Shown: positions 1 through 10,775, counted from the first letter of the stretch. The stretch is 64,000 nt of DNA from an uncultured Butyrivibrio sp. (GCA_964405265.1 CAYONC010000006.1:38174-102173), one strand, 5' to 3'. Notes: a model not told the origin generated them from the sequence alone. A program made the numbers and translations.

Positions 1-986
1 AGAAGATTAATGATTCTTGCAAGCATATAAATATTTCCGAAGCCCATTCCGAAAAGTCTTGCCACATTTATGCCCAATGCAACGAATACATATGCAAATG
101 TGGGCATGCTGCTTGTGGTTCTGTATGTTGTCCTGAACTCATCAACGCCATTGTTTTTGTACAATGCATTGTCATTAAGATATTTTCTGAATGATACGTA
201 TTCTTCATAGGAACAGCTGTGATATTCCGGATGATTTGCATCCACCGTATTAAGCATATTCCATAATATTTCATTTTCCTCCGTCACGCTTTCAAATGTA
301 AGGACAAAAGCATTTCTTAAATGTGCTTCTTCATCAAAGCCCACTCTCACAAGAGGCATAACGGTTATCATTGCAAGTCCTGCACAACCCGCAACAATCG
401 CAAATCCTGCATATATTCTGTCCGTAATTTCCCTGTGCCATACAATTATCATTGCAGCTGCCAGAAGAATGAAAAAGAAAAAGAGCATACGAAGGGGATT
501 GAAAATGACGGTATTACGTACCGAAAGTGCTTCTATCGTCAGATCATAATCACATTCATTAATGCTTATTGTAACGGATTCCACGTTCTTCTTTATGTTA
601 ATCACGGACTCATTAAGATATACCGGATTTATGTCCTCTATCGCCACTGTTTCGGTATTTCCGTATATGTTGACATACTTTACGGACAGTGTACAGGAAA
701 AAGTTCCTTCCGTATCATACTTTACCGCAAGCCTGTCGGCATATCCGTTTACATCAAAAGAAATGGCTGCCTTTTCCCCTTTTTTCAGAAGAAATGCTCC
801 ATCTCTTTCCTGTGTAAGATTTTCTGTTGTACAATCATATAACTCAATACTCCTGACGCCCTTTTCCCTGCCTTCAAGCGTCAGAAGCTTTATGTTAAAA
901 AGCAGCTCAATAATTATGGTAAGGAGAATAACTCCTGCTGCCGCAACGATATTTTGTGCATATTTCTTCTTAAGAAATTCTTTCAT
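1..986 (-). CDS. DUF2142-like multi-pass membrane protein (possible GT-C glycosyltransferase), runs off the left edge
   Basis: Read by hand, absent from ORF track: ATG at 986 overlapping the LCP stop (ATGA); MKEFLKKKYAQNIVAAAGVILL...MPLVRVGFDEEAHLRNAF...YMLARIINL open to position 1; DE..H motif after a TM helix is typical of DUF2142. Confidence 0.65.
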   Translation of the reverse strand, partial: MKEFLKKKYAQNIVAAAGVILLTIIIELLFNIKLLTLEGREKGVRSIELYDCTTENLTQERDGAFLLKKGEKAAISFDVNGYADRLAVKYDTEGTFSCTLSVKYVNIYGNTETVAIEDINPVYLNESVINIKKNVESVTISINECDYDLTIEALSVRNTVIFNPLRMLFFFFILLAAAMIIVWHREITDRIYAGFAIVAGCAGLAMITVMPLVRVGFDEEAHLRNAFVLTFESVTEENEILWNMLNTVDANHPEYHSCSYEEYVSFRKYLNDNALYKNNGVDEFRTTYRTTSSMPTFAYVFVALGINVARLFGMGFGNIYMLARIINL

Positions 987-2212
987 GATTTTACTCCCGT
1001 CAGTTTGATAATATCTTCGCTGATTCTCTGCACGGTTGCCGACGGTCTGTATTTATCCGAGTCAAAGAGCACCTCATGAAACTTAATTACGTTTTCCTCA
1101 AGTGTTACGGGAATCACCGGATTATATATGTTATTTTCCTCAAGATACTCTATCTGGTCATTTCTGTTGAACGGAAAACCACCGTCAATCATATTAAGAC
1201 TGTAATCCATAATGGACGGTATCATGTCGATTATCTCATCTGTTCCCATATTGGTAGCAATATTTCTGCATACAGCGGTTATAACGGAGTTGAGTTTTGT
1301 GATACTCATGCCTTTTGCTTTTGCAACAATCTGTGAAATAACGGCACGCTGTCTCTCTGTTCTTCCATAGTCGGCACGACCGTCACCAAATCGTATTCTG
1401 GAAAATGCCGTTGCCTGTATTCCATCCATGTGAACCATATATTTTGTTGTCATCTTCCCGCTGTCTGCCCGGAGTTCATCATCAGTCATGGACGGATCAT
1501 CAGGAATAACATTAATTTCCTTATAGGTAACGCCTGTATTTTCTGATGTATCAACAAGATACCTGTTAAGCCATCTCTGCTCCATCAGATTGATTTCTAT
1601 ATCAACACCGCCTACTGCATCAACGATTTCAATAAGAGCAGACCAGTTTACCATAACAAATTCGGATATATCCAAATCAAGATTTCTGTTAATCATGCTT
1701 ATTGAGGATTCAATTCCGTACTTGAATGCAGCTTCCGTTGCCTTATTTAATTCCTGATTTTTCTCATTTCCGTCCGCTCCCATCTCAAGAAGCGTATCCC
1801 TGTAAATGGATATAATCCTTACTTCCTTGGTATCATTATTGATACTTGCAACAAGCATTGCATCCGTATGATTTTCTCCTATCTGCGTGAGGGAATCATA
1901 CGAATTGGTTCTTGAATCGGAGCCTAACAGGAGAATGTTGGTATATCCTTTAAGTACCTCCACCGTACTGTCATCCATGTCATCATTTACAAAAATCAGG
2001 TCCTCATTAAGCGGAGTATACTTTATAAGGTTCAGTTTTTCCACTGCATACCATATCAGAAGGAGTATGGCAACCGCAATTACTTCAAGCCCGATGATAA
2101 CAGGCTTAACCCAACGGTTTTTTTTACGCTTTCCCGTTCTTATCTTCTTCTCTTCATATTCCTCATATTCTTCATATGTAATATTATCATCAAAATCTCT
2201 GTATTTTGCCAT
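983..2212 (-). CDS. LCP (LytR-CpsA-Psr) family glycopolymer-peptidoglycan ligase
   Basis: N-terminal TM; ILLLGSDSR, TDAMLVASIN, SIYRDT, DG.QA..FSRIR, D.GRTERQ motifs. Confidence 0.92.
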   Translation of the reverse strand: MAKYRDFDDNITYEEYEEYEEKKIRTGKRKKNRWVKPVIIGLEVIAVAILLLIWYAVEKLNLIKYTPLNEDLIFVNDDMDDSTVEVLKGYTNILLLGSDSRTNSYDSLTQIGENHTDAMLVASINNDTKEVRIISIYRDTLLEMGADGNEKNQELNKATEAAFKYGIESSISMINRNLDLDISEFVMVNWSALIEIVDAVGGVDIEINLMEQRWLNRYLVDTSENTGVTYKEINVIPDDPSMTDDELRADSGKMTTKYMVHMDGIQATAFSRIRFGDGRADYGRTERQRAVISQIVAKAKGMSITKLNSVITAVCRNIATNMGTDEIIDMIPSIMDYSLNMIDGGFPFNRNDQIEYLEENNIYNPVIPVTLEENVIKFHEVLFDSDKYRPSATVQRISEDIIKLTGVKS

Positions 2213-2235
2213 CCCCTGACTTATTCCTTCCTGAA

Positions 2236-3639
2236 TTAATAAGCATTTTTGTTAATAAAGCCTTTGAATACCGTGAAAATCATTATTTTCAAATCAAAAA
2301 CCAGTGTCCAGTTCTCTATATAGTACAAATCACATTCTATTCTTCTGTTAATCGATGTATCCCCTCTGTAACCGTTTATCTGTGCCCATCCTGTTATACC
2401 CGGACGTACCTGATGCTTAATCATGTATCTTGGTATTTCTTCTTTAAATTTTTCGACATAGTATGGTCTCTCAGGTCTCGGTCCGACTATGCTCATATCT
2501 CCTTTAAGCACATTAATGAACTGCGGAAGCTCATCTATGCTTGTCTTTCTGATAAACTTTCCAACCCGGGTAACCCTCGGATCATCATTTACCGTCCATT
2601 TCTTCATGTCGCTGCCGTCAGTTGTCTCCTTCATGGAACGGAATTTATACATATAGAATGTCTTATTATGAAGTCCTACCCTTTCCTGTCTGTATATAAC
2701 GGGTCCCTTAGACGTTATTTTTACCAATACTGATACAATAAGCATTAAAGGAGAAAAAATCAATAGGCATAAACTACCAATTACAATATCCGTAAATCTC
2801 TTGATAAATTTGTTAAAGCTGCTGCTTAACGGAACCCTTCTTATGTTAATTACGGGAAGACCCTGAACATCTTCAATGTATGGTCTTGTCGGAATAATGT
2901 TGTTATAATCCGGGATAAACTTGGTATGAACACCAAGCTTCTCACACACGGTTACAATATATTCAAGTTTTGCATAATCATCAAGTGAAAGCGTAATAAC
3001 GATTTCATCAAGCTCATTTTCCGATATTATGTGTTCAATGTCATCAACTTTCCCGATTATTTTTTCTCCGCGGTACTTTGTATCGCGTTCCACGTGGTCA
3101 TCAAGTATTCCCAGCACACTGTACCCCCACTGCGGGTACGCCTTAATCCTGTCAATATATCCTTCAGCCGCCCTGCTGTATCCTACCAGGACGATATGTT
3201 TCTGATTCAGTCCTCTTTTTCTGATTCCGTGCAATACAATTCTTAAACCCACTCTTGCAAGAAATTCATAAGCAATGTTAAGACCATAAAAAATAACAAG
3301 CATGGTTCTTGAAAAGTGAATCTGTCTTGTAAGATACAGCACAAGAATAAATGAAAGAAGTCCTATTGTATTGGCTTTGATGACATTAAACATTTCATAA
3401 CGCTGTCCGTGCATCCTTTTTGGAGCATACAGCCTAAAAACCGTATACAGTACAAGATATGCAGGTACAACAAAAATTAATGCCTTAAGATATGTTTTTA
3501 AATCTATCCTTCCTATGGCATCATCTGCTGCCGTGCCTGCAAATTTAATTGCCCACGCTGACATATATGCTGCAACTATGATTAATGCATCCATAACCAC
3601 ATGCAGTCTGTTGAAATGTTTCTGATTATCCTTTATCAC
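2236..3639 (-). CDS. Undecaprenyl-phosphate glucose phosphotransferase (WcaJ/CpsE-like priming sugar transferase)
   Basis: TM N-terminus; C-terminal KFRSM, DDPRVTRVGKFIRKTSIDELPQFINVLKGDMSIVGPRPERP, VRPGITGWAQ. Confidence 0.93.
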   Translation of the reverse strand: MIKDNQKHFNRLHVVMDALIIVAAYMSAWAIKFAGTAADDAIGRIDLKTYLKALIFVVPAYLVLYTVFRLYAPKRMHGQRYEMFNVIKANTIGLLSFILVLYLTRQIHFSRTMLVIFYGLNIAYEFLARVGLRIVLHGIRKRGLNQKHIVLVGYSRAAEGYIDRIKAYPQWGYSVLGILDDHVERDTKYRGEKIIGKVDDIEHIISENELDEIVITLSLDDYAKLEYIVTVCEKLGVHTKFIPDYNNIIPTRPYIEDVQGLPVINIRRVPLSSSFNKFIKRFTDIVIGSLCLLIFSPLMLIVSVLVKITSKGPVIYRQERVGLHNKTFYMYKFRSMKETTDGSDMKKWTVNDDPRVTRVGKFIRKTSIDELPQFINVLKGDMSIVGPRPERPYYVEKFKEEIPRYMIKHQVRPGITGWAQINGYRGDTSINRRIECDLYYIENWTLVFDLKIMIFTVFKGFINKNAY

Positions 3640-3643
3640 TATA

Positions 3644-4576
3644 TCACTCTTTCACGGCGTTCCAGTAGTTTTTGTCGGAGGTCAGCCGCATAACGGTTTT
3701 CCTTCCAAGCTTTTTATAATTTCTTCCTAACCTGTATCCCATATATTTTACGGCACTGCTGATGATAAGGTATGGTACCTCATAACAGTGTCCGTTTCTG
3801 CACAAATAAAGTGCAGTATTTAGCATAAGCCTTATTCCTTCACCTTCCGGAGGAACACTTTCAAAAACATCCATGTTGTCCGCATGGGATACGCCTATGT
3901 CAAAATTTCTTCTGAGCTGCTCCATGCATGAATGATTATGCGAATGTATTACTGACGCCTTACTGCAGTATACTACCGCATACCCGTTACGCATCGCGGC
4001 AGCCGCATAAATCATATCCTCATTAAAAATCATTTTCTTCCCAAATCCGCCGTTTATATAATATATTTCCCTGTCATACATTGCACATACGTCAGAAGAA
4101 AAAAAGGCCTTTATGCCAAGACGTTTCACATCAGCCATGGTCTTAACCATACTTTTTTCGGGATAATTATACATTCTGGCATACTTTTCCTGCATACGGC
4201 AGTCTTTTGCCGGAAGCTGCCTTCCATATACAACGGCTGCCCGTTCACCGTTCTTTCCGGTTTGCTTAAAACCTTTAAGCAGATTTCCGACAAGATTTCT
4301 GTCTGCCGGCACGGCATCCATTGTCATAAAAAGAACATAATCCGCTTTGGAAAGTTCCATGCCCATATGCCTTGTTGCACCATGGTCAAATTCTTCTCTC
4401 GTTATATGATAAACTTCAATTCTGTCATCTATACGGAGCAGTTCTTCCATAAAATATTTTCGTTCCGTATTAATGAGAATAATCCTGTTAACCCGATACT
4501 TCTGTCCGGCAATTCTGTTAAGCATTGTATATGTCTTCTTATCAGGCTTGTATACAGGAATTACTACATCTACCAT
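3644..4576 (-). CDS. GT2 glycosyltransferase (rhamnosyltransferase-like)
   Basis: VDVVIPVY start, FDHGATR, MTMDA, GRQLP, FSSDVCAMY.R, NEDM, VIHSH. Confidence 0.85.
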   Translation of the reverse strand: MVDVVIPVYKPDKKTYTMLNRIAGQKYRVNRIILINTERKYFMEELLRIDDRIEVYHITREEFDHGATRHMGMELSKADYVLFMTMDAVPADRNLVGNLLKGFKQTGKNGERAAVVYGRQLPAKDCRMQEKYARMYNYPEKSMVKTMADVKRLGIKAFFSSDVCAMYDREIYYINGGFGKKMIFNEDMIYAAAAMRNGYAVVYCSKASVIHSHNHSCMEQLRRNFDIGVSHADNMDVFESVPPEGEGIRLMLNTALYLCRNGHCYEVPYLIISSAVKYMGYRLGRNYKKLGRKTVMRLTSDKNYWNAVKE

Positions 4577-4579
4577 CTG

Positions 4580-5932
4580 CTATTCTCCTATATTTTCCTC
4601 AATAAGCCGTGCAAGCTTTTCCGCCTCACGGTTAATAAGCTCCCTGTCGTTTCCTTCAATCATTACCCTGATTAACGGCTCCGTTCCCGACGGTCTTATG
4701 AGAACCCTGCCTTCACCGGCAAATTTTCGTTCAAATTCCGCAATGGCTCCGGCAATTACGTCGTTATCCATATAATAGTCTTTTTTTCTGTTGGAAACAC
4801 GTGCATTAACAAGTGCCTGAGGAAGGACCGTCATGACCGAAGCAAGCTCAGAGAGCTTCTTACCCGTGTCTGCCATAACCTGAAGAAGATGTATTGCACT
4901 TACAAGTCCGTCACCGGTAGTATTTTCATCAAGGAAAATCACATGACCTGACTGTTCTCCGCCAAGATTATAGCCTTTTTCAAGCATACATTCAAGTACA
5001 TACCTGTCTCCCACCTTCGTCTGCTCCATGTTGATATTTTCTCTTGTTCCCATCTGAAAAAATCCGAGATTACTCATTACAGTTGTAACTATCGTGTCTT
5101 TTTTAAGTATTCCCTTATTTTTCATATATAGTCCGCATATTGCCATAATACGGTCTCCGTCCACTATATTGCCTTTCTCATCAACCGCAAGCATTCTGTC
5201 GGCATCCCCGTCAAAGGCAATACCTATGTCGGCACCCGTTTCCAGTACCATTGCCTGAAGTTCTTCCATATGAGTTGAACCGCAGTTTCTGTTAATATTA
5301 ATACCGTCCGGACGGTTATGTATGACTGCCGGCTCAGCCCCGAGTCTTTTCATGGCGGCTTCTGCCGTATAGCTTGCGGCACCGTCTGCCGTATCAAGTA
5401 CGATTTTTAATCCGGACAGATTAATATCTGCCACTGATGACGCAAATTCCACGTAGTCGTCTTTTATTTCATATCTGTATGATATTTTACCTACTTTATC
5501 GCCCAAAGGCATCGGAAGCTCTGCTGAATTCATCCTCATGGTCTCTTCAATCTCATCTTCAAGACGGTCAGAAAGCTTATATCCGGTGCGGCTGAAAAAT
5601 TTTATTCCGTTATATTCTGCAGGATTATGTGATGCCGATATCACGACTCCTGCATCATAATTGTATTTTTTCGTAAGATATGCCACAGCCGGAGTAGGAA
5701 CGACTCCTGCATATACCGCATCTGCTCCTACTGAGCATATTCCTGCCATAAGTGCATTAGCTAACATTCCTCCTGACAGTCTCGTATCACATCCTACAAG
5801 TATCGTGGGTTTATGTGAATTTTCCTTAGTCAGGACATATGCACCCGCTTTTCCAAGATTAAGTGCAAGCTCTACGGTAAGCTCCTTATTCGCAACTCCT
5901 CTTACTCCGTCCGTACCAAATATTCTTGCCAT
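4580..5932 (-). CDS. glmM: Phosphoglucosamine mutase
   Basis: FGTDGVRG, ISASHNP phosphoserine loop, DGDADR, GGEQSGH, RPSGTEP; downstream of cdaA-cdaR. Confidence 0.97.
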   Translation of the reverse strand: MARIFGTDGVRGVANKELTVELALNLGKAGAYVLTKENSHKPTILVGCDTRLSGGMLANALMAGICSVGADAVYAGVVPTPAVAYLTKKYNYDAGVVISASHNPAEYNGIKFFSRTGYKLSDRLEDEIEETMRMNSAELPMPLGDKVGKISYRYEIKDDYVEFASSVADINLSGLKIVLDTADGAASYTAEAAMKRLGAEPAVIHNRPDGININRNCGSTHMEELQAMVLETGADIGIAFDGDADRMLAVDEKGNIVDGDRIMAICGLYMKNKGILKKDTIVTTVMSNLGFFQMGTRENINMEQTKVGDRYVLECMLEKGYNLGGEQSGHVIFLDENTTGDGLVSAIHLLQVMADTGKKLSELASVMTVLPQALVNARVSNRKKDYYMDNDVIAGAIAEFERKFAGEGRVLIRPSGTEPLIRVMIEGNDRELINREAEKLARLIEENIGE

Positions 5933-5933
5933 A

Positions 5934-7289
5934 TTATTCCGATTCCTCCCGGTCTTCCGTTATAGTTGAATTATCCGTTGTTTCAGTTTCTGTTGTCTCA
6001 GGTTCCGTTGTTTCAGGCTCCGTCGGCTTTTCCATTACATTCACGGTAAGATACATGTCTTTTTCAATCTTATATCCTTCATCATTGACTGCATTAAGGT
6101 CTATTTTTATTTTATGTGTTCCTATGTTCTTTCCTGCAACGGAAACGGTAGGATAAAAATCTGCCACGGTAAGCTTTTCAACAACCTCCCGGTTTCCTAC
6201 CGCATATACGATTATGCCTGCATTTTCCCTTACTATATCGTAATCATATAAGTCTTTCGCACCCTTCAGCTCTATATTCTCATAAGGTATTCTTATTCCG
6301 ACTCTTCTTGCAACCTTGATTTCAAGCTCAAAAACCTTTGATTCCGATACAATCTTATATCCGTTCGGAACATATTTTGAAATATCCGTTCTGTATGTCG
6401 TATCTTCCGATATACCTTCTATGTTAAATTCATCTTCAGGAATGTCTATTGACGAAAACGCATCAAGCTTTTCTTTCTCGGCAGCCACGCATATGCGTAC
6501 CATGGATGCATTTTTATCCGTTACAACATATCCGTCCGCAGGATTTCCCGTAATGCCGTAATTTACGTCAATCCATTTTACGGGAAGCATGGTTATGTTA
6601 ATCTGTGCCTTTTTCCTGCTCAGCTCAAGAAGATCCGTCTTTACTTCTTTTCCGTTTGAATCATACAGCTTCAGGCTTACATCCTCGGTAATATTATGTG
6701 ACATATCCGATATGTCATAATATGCAACAACCCTGCTTATCGAATTAACGGTTTTTTCCGCTCCCGTTATGTTCACCGTTGCCGGCGATACATATCCTTC
6801 ACCGACAACATATCCTTCTGCCGGAGAACCGTTATATTCCAGTTCTATCGAAAAGTCCTTGCTTGCCTTATTATCAATCAGCAGTTTTATATATTCGCTT
6901 TTTTTGGAAACAATGTCAACCTGGTTAGCCACGTCCGCTTTTTCACATCTGACTTTTATTTTTGCGCTGTCCGATACAAGTGATGTTTCACTAAGGTCAG
7001 CGTATGCATAAAAGTCAGAAGCTTCAAGACTTTCCGCCACGGAGCTCGGTGCCTTAATGGTAATGCTCACCGTTGAACCCGACTGCACGGCATATGTATA
7101 ACCTTTTTCCGTAAGGCTTGATTCATTAAGCAATACAACTTCTATCCCTGTTATGGTCCTGGTTCTTCTCGGATCATCCACATTGACAATGACAATCCAT
7201 ATAAAAACGGCAAGAATAACCGAAAGAATCTTGAGCCACAGATTGTGAAGAATAAAATCTTTAATTTTCGCTATTTTGATGCTTTTCAC
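5934..7289 (-). CDS. cdaR: CdaR/YbbR-domain regulator of diadenylate cyclase
   Basis: NLWLKILSVILAV TM then repeated YbbR-like beta domains; lies between cdaA and glmM; GTG at 7289 after a G-rich SD preferred over 7331. Confidence 0.88.
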   Translation of the reverse strand: MKSIKIAKIKDFILHNLWLKILSVILAVFIWIVIVNVDDPRRTRTITGIEVVLLNESSLTEKGYTYAVQSGSTVSITIKAPSSVAESLEASDFYAYADLSETSLVSDSAKIKVRCEKADVANQVDIVSKKSEYIKLLIDNKASKDFSIELEYNGSPAEGYVVGEGYVSPATVNITGAEKTVNSISRVVAYYDISDMSHNITEDVSLKLYDSNGKEVKTDLLELSRKKAQINITMLPVKWIDVNYGITGNPADGYVVTDKNASMVRICVAAEKEKLDAFSSIDIPEDEFNIEGISEDTTYRTDISKYVPNGYKIVSESKVFELEIKVARRVGIRIPYENIELKGAKDLYDYDIVRENAGIIVYAVGNREVVEKLTVADFYPTVSVAGKNIGTHKIKIDLNAVNDEGYKIEKDMYLTVNVMEKPTEPETTEPETTETETTDNSTITEDREESE

Positions 7290-8154
7290 TTTCTTCTGCC
7301 CCCTTCTTCCAGAGTTTGTATCTTGTGACATCTATGGATTTCTTCCTGATAAACGTAAGTTTTTTTCTAAGATATTCCGCATCCACGGCTCTTATTATCT
7401 CTCCCGCTATTGCAATGGATACGCTTCCCGTTTCCTCGGATACGACAATGGTAAGTGAATCAGTCACTTCAGAAACTCCAACTGCGGCACGGTGCCTTGT
7501 TCCAAGCTCTTTGCTTATATGCATATTATCCGACAGCGGCAGATAACACGTTGCCGCAGCTATTCTGTCTCCGCGTACGATTATCGCACCATCATGAAGC
7601 GGTGTATTATGTTCAAATATATTGATAAGAAGCTGACTTGAAACAAGTGCATCAAGAGGTATTCCCGTCTTCTCATAATCCGCAAGTATGTTATCCTGTT
7701 CTATCACTATAAGGGCACCCGTTTTATTCCTGCCAAGCTCATAGCACGCTTTAACAAGCTCATTAACGGTATTTTCGCTGAACCGTTCACCTTTATTTTT
7801 CTTATCGCTGAACGGGAGTATTTTTTTAAAATATTTTCTCTGTCCTATCTGCTCAAGTGCTTTTCTGAGTTCCGGCTGGAATATGATTACAAGCGCTATA
7901 ATTGCTATATTAATCACTTTCTCCGCAATCCACAATATTGTCGTAAACTCAAAAATATTGGCAATCAGAAGACATACTATAATGACGATTATGCCCTTTA
8001 ACAGTGTATATGCCCTTGTAGTCTTTACCCAGAGGATAAATTCATACAGAAAAAGTGCAAGTATCAGTATCTCAAATATATTGGCCACTCTTAACGATCT
8101 CGGAATATATACATTGCTTATATATTCATCTATAAAATTACTTATTGCACTCAT
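7261..8154 (-). CDS. cdaA: Diadenylate cyclase CdaA
   Basis: Three TMs, FQPELR, TPLHDGA and GTRHRAA catalytic motifs. Confidence 0.97.
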   Translation of the reverse strand: MSAISNFIDEYISNVYIPRSLRVANIFEILILALFLYEFILWVKTTRAYTLLKGIIVIIVCLLIANIFEFTTILWIAEKVINIAIIALVIIFQPELRKALEQIGQRKYFKKILPFSDKKNKGERFSENTVNELVKACYELGRNKTGALIVIEQDNILADYEKTGIPLDALVSSQLLINIFEHNTPLHDGAIIVRGDRIAAATCYLPLSDNMHISKELGTRHRAAVGVSEVTDSLTIVVSEETGSVSIAIAGEIIRAVDAEYLRKKLTFIRKKSIDVTRYKLWKKGAEESEKHQNSEN

Positions 8155-8175
8155 GTGTCCACTTCCATTCTGATT

Positions 8176-9171
8176 TTATTCCGTTTCCCCGGTATCTTCA
8201 GTCTCATCATAGCTTTCCGTATGAATCATTCCCTTATCATCCTGAAGGGTATTTATCTTCTTAACGGTAACATTCCTTCCGCTTACTGATATCTTGGGAA
8301 CCGCTTTTACATAATAATAATAGTCATTATCTTCAAACTGAACATATTCCGTTGATGAATAATCCACGGAAAAAATAAACAGATGCATTACAAGTCCGGT
8401 CAGTATGGCAAGAACAGTTCCGCCGATAAGTCCCGGAATGCTGAAATCCACCATAAGCAGTGAAAGCGAAACAATAATTACGATAGCATCCGTAACACTT
8501 CCGGCAATAATTGCTATGAGCCATGAGTAGTTAACAGACAGTCTCCTTATCATGTATATCATCATAATTGCTATTGAAAAAGACACAACAATAATAATAA
8601 GCTCCTTGTTATTAATTACGTTATTGAAAATAAACGTAATGTTCTGAAGTGCACTGTCAGCATCAAGTGTAGCTATTGCCGTAGAATAATGATGTGCAAA
8701 ATCAATCAGATAGTATATGAATGTTCCGCAGATTACGGGGATAATTCCCGTAATTCCTACTGTAAGAGCCGCAATAACGGGAACCACATAAGGAATCTTC
8801 ATGCAGAACAGCAGCGGTGTTATTATCATAAGAAATCCTGTTGACGGTGCAAACCTGAAATACAGCAGATATACTATAAGCATTACAAGAGTAGCCACAA
8901 GTGCCAGCTCTATTGACATTCCAAAGAGCTGGACTACCGTAAGAACCGTTGCACACAATACCGTTACGTTAACAGGAACAAATGCACATATAAGTCCTGC
9001 CGCAAAACATATTACCGGACTTGACAAAAGTTCATTGGTTCCTATAAACCTTCCTATAAGCAGAAATGACACAAATGCCATGATAAATTTCATGACATAA
9101 TTGACATATATTCCTGCCTTAGCATAAAAAAGCATTAGTTTTTCCTTAAAAGCCAAAACTGCCGTTAACAA
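8176..9171 (-). CDS. Conserved multi-pass membrane protein, unknown function
   Basis: 331-aa ORF with many hydrophobic segments, SD-like ggagg upstream. Confidence 0.75.
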   Translation of the reverse strand: MLTAVLAFKEKLMLFYAKAGIYVNYVMKFIMAFVSFLLIGRFIGTNELLSSPVICFAAGLICAFVPVNVTVLCATVLTVVQLFGMSIELALVATLVMLIVYLLYFRFAPSTGFLMIITPLLFCMKIPYVVPVIAALTVGITGIIPVICGTFIYYLIDFAHHYSTAIATLDADSALQNITFIFNNVINNKELIIIVVSFSIAIMMIYMIRRLSVNYSWLIAIIAGSVTDAIVIIVSLSLLMVDFSIPGLIGGTVLAILTGLVMHLFIFSVDYSSTEYVQFEDNDYYYYVKAVPKISVSGRNVTVKKINTLQDDKGMIHTESYDETEDTGETE

Positions 9172-9193
9172 TTTTACAATTCCTCCGCAAAAT

Positions 9194-9598
9194 TTAATTT
9201 TTCTTCTTTCTGTCAGCCTTATTAAGCTGATAAATCTTCTGGAGTCTGCCCTGATATACCCTGATTCCGTTTTCAGCTACGGTATATCTGTGGGAATATA
9301 CAAAATATCCTGCAACAAGAAACACTGCCATCATCAGTATATATGTCATAACCAGTAATATTACCAGAACGGTATAATTAGTATCGGTAAGATGATTGAT
9401 TATATATTCAAAATTATAACATGCCGTCAGAAACAGTATAAGAAAATATGCCGCCGTTACCGCAATAGCCGTAAGCCACATGTTAAGGCTTACATAATCC
9501 CTCCTGTAATACTTTGATTTCGGTATATCCTCCGTCCCTTCATGCCTTAAATACATGGCAGTTCTTGCCATGAGTCTGACTTTTCTTTTATTAATCAT
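9194..9598 (-). CDS. Small membrane protein, unknown function
   Basis: ATG at 9598 after GGAGG (MINKRK...); two TM segments. Confidence 0.7.
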   Translation of the reverse strand: MINKRKVRLMARTAMYLRHEGTEDIPKSKYYRRDYVSLNMWLTAIAVTAAYFLILFLTACYNFEYIINHLTDTNYTVLVILLVMTYILMMAVFLVAGYFVYSHRYTVAENGIRVYQGRLQKIYQLNKADRKKKN

Positions 9599-9670
9599 AC
9601 AAACCTCCTGAATGTACAAAATCGCATTGTATAATTATAACACAGTCATTGTTAAATTACGAATACAAAA

Positions 9671-10642
9671 TTAATAAAAAATTATTAACTGTGCATGACT
9701 TCCCTGCTCCGCGGCAACTGCCGGTCTTATATACACCAGATGTCCTTCCGACATAACTGCCGTATTGTTTTCCGCATGAATAAACTTTTCAAACACACTG
9801 TCATATTCGCCCGGAATAATTACCTTTAAAAGCTCCTTAACTGCATAATCATGCCCTGTCGTTCTGGTCTGCACATGTATCAGAAGCGAATCATCCTCAA
9901 TAATTGCCTGACCGAGATAATTTCCGTCTTCCCCGTAAATATACACATTATCCTGACGAAGAGTATACCCGGCTTCTCCTGTTACTGCGGCTATTTTAGA
10001 TTTATAATCCGGCTTCTCCGTCTGTGCCTCAGTCGGTCTCTCCGTCTGTGCCTCAGTCGGTCTCTCCGTCTGTATCTCAGTCGGTCTCTCCGTCTGTATC
10101 TCAGTCGGTTTCTCTGTCTGTGTCTCTGTCGGTCTCTCCGTCTGTATCTCAGTCGGTCTCTCTATCTGTGTCTCTGTCGGCTTCTCCGTCTGTACCCCGG
10201 TCGTCTTCTCTGTGTATTCTTCTGTTTCTGCTTCAAAGGTTTCCGTCGGTTCTTCCGCTGAAACACCTTTTATAATCAGGGAATCCGAATAAATTCCGCT
10301 TGTTGCCGTAACAAATGCCATTCCTTCTCCGACCACCCTGACATAACCATCGCTGCTTACCATAACAATACTTTCATCTGACGACTTCCATACAACGGCA
10401 TCCGAAAATTCTCCGCCGGCTGATACTATGTTAAGTTTAAATTCCGTTCCTACATGATAGCTTGCATCCACAGCTGCTATTTTTATATAACCCGCATATT
10501 CTGCGGTATTGTCTGATGTATGATTTTCTTCCGTTAATATTACGTCGTCTTTTTTTCCATGATTCTTTTTCAGAAGAATTACAGATGTCACGATTATTGT
10601 CAATATTAAAATTATTACTGTTACAATTATTTTTTTCTTCAT
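9671..10642 (-). CDS. Membrane-anchored Ig-like (Big_2) protein with Thr/Glu/Pro repeat linker
   Basis: N-terminal anchor; VVWKSSDESIVMVSSDGYVRVVGEG.A.VTA Big_2 pattern; TERPTExQ repeats. Confidence 0.75.
   Translation of the reverse strand: MKKKIIVTVIILILTIIVTSVILLKKNHGKKDDVILTEENHTSDNTAEYAGYIKIAAVDASYHVGTEFKLNIVSAGGEFSDAVVWKSSDESIVMVSSDGYVRVVGEGMAFVTATSGIYSDSLIIKGVSAEEPTETFEAETEEYTEKTTGVQTEKPTETQIERPTEIQTERPTETQTEKPTEIQTERPTEIQTERPTEAQTERPTEAQTEKPDYKSKIAAVTGEAGYTLRQDNVYIYGEDGNYLGQAIIEDDSLLIHVQTRTTGHDYAVKELLKVIIPGEYDSVFEKFIHAENNTAVMSEGHLVYIRPAVAAEQGSHAQLIIFY
10011..10200. repeat. In-frame 24-bp tandem repeat, about 8 degenerate copies (TERPTExQ)
   Basis: ctccgtctgt(g/a)(c/t)ctcagtcggtct repeated head to tail. 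Confidence 0.92.
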
Positions 10643-10744
10643 ATCAGGCTCCGCTAAATTTATATTTGTATATTATTATAATTTCTCTTATATTTCAATA
10701 GGTTTTCGCCTGCAGCGGTGTGATGCTTCAGACTTATATGTTAA

Positions 10745-10775
10745 ATAAAAAAGGTTCTGCCTTCCGGCAGAACCT
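10745..10775 (-). terminator. Intrinsic terminator after fabF
   Basis: aggttctgcc-loop-ggcagaacct hairpin followed by a T run on the minus strand. Confidence 0.85.

Noticed and set aside
68-274. 68-aa minus-strand ORF in the track
   Set aside because: Out-of-frame fragment within the longer partial CDS 1..986
10011-10200. Possible CRISPR array (also considered for 23378-23580 and 40200-40457)
   Set aside because: Units are contiguous with no unique spacers, are multiples of 3, lie inside coding genes, and no cas genes are present
9851-10275. Repetitive plus-strand ORFs over the 24-bp array
   Set aside because: Antisense shadows with no SD or independent motifs
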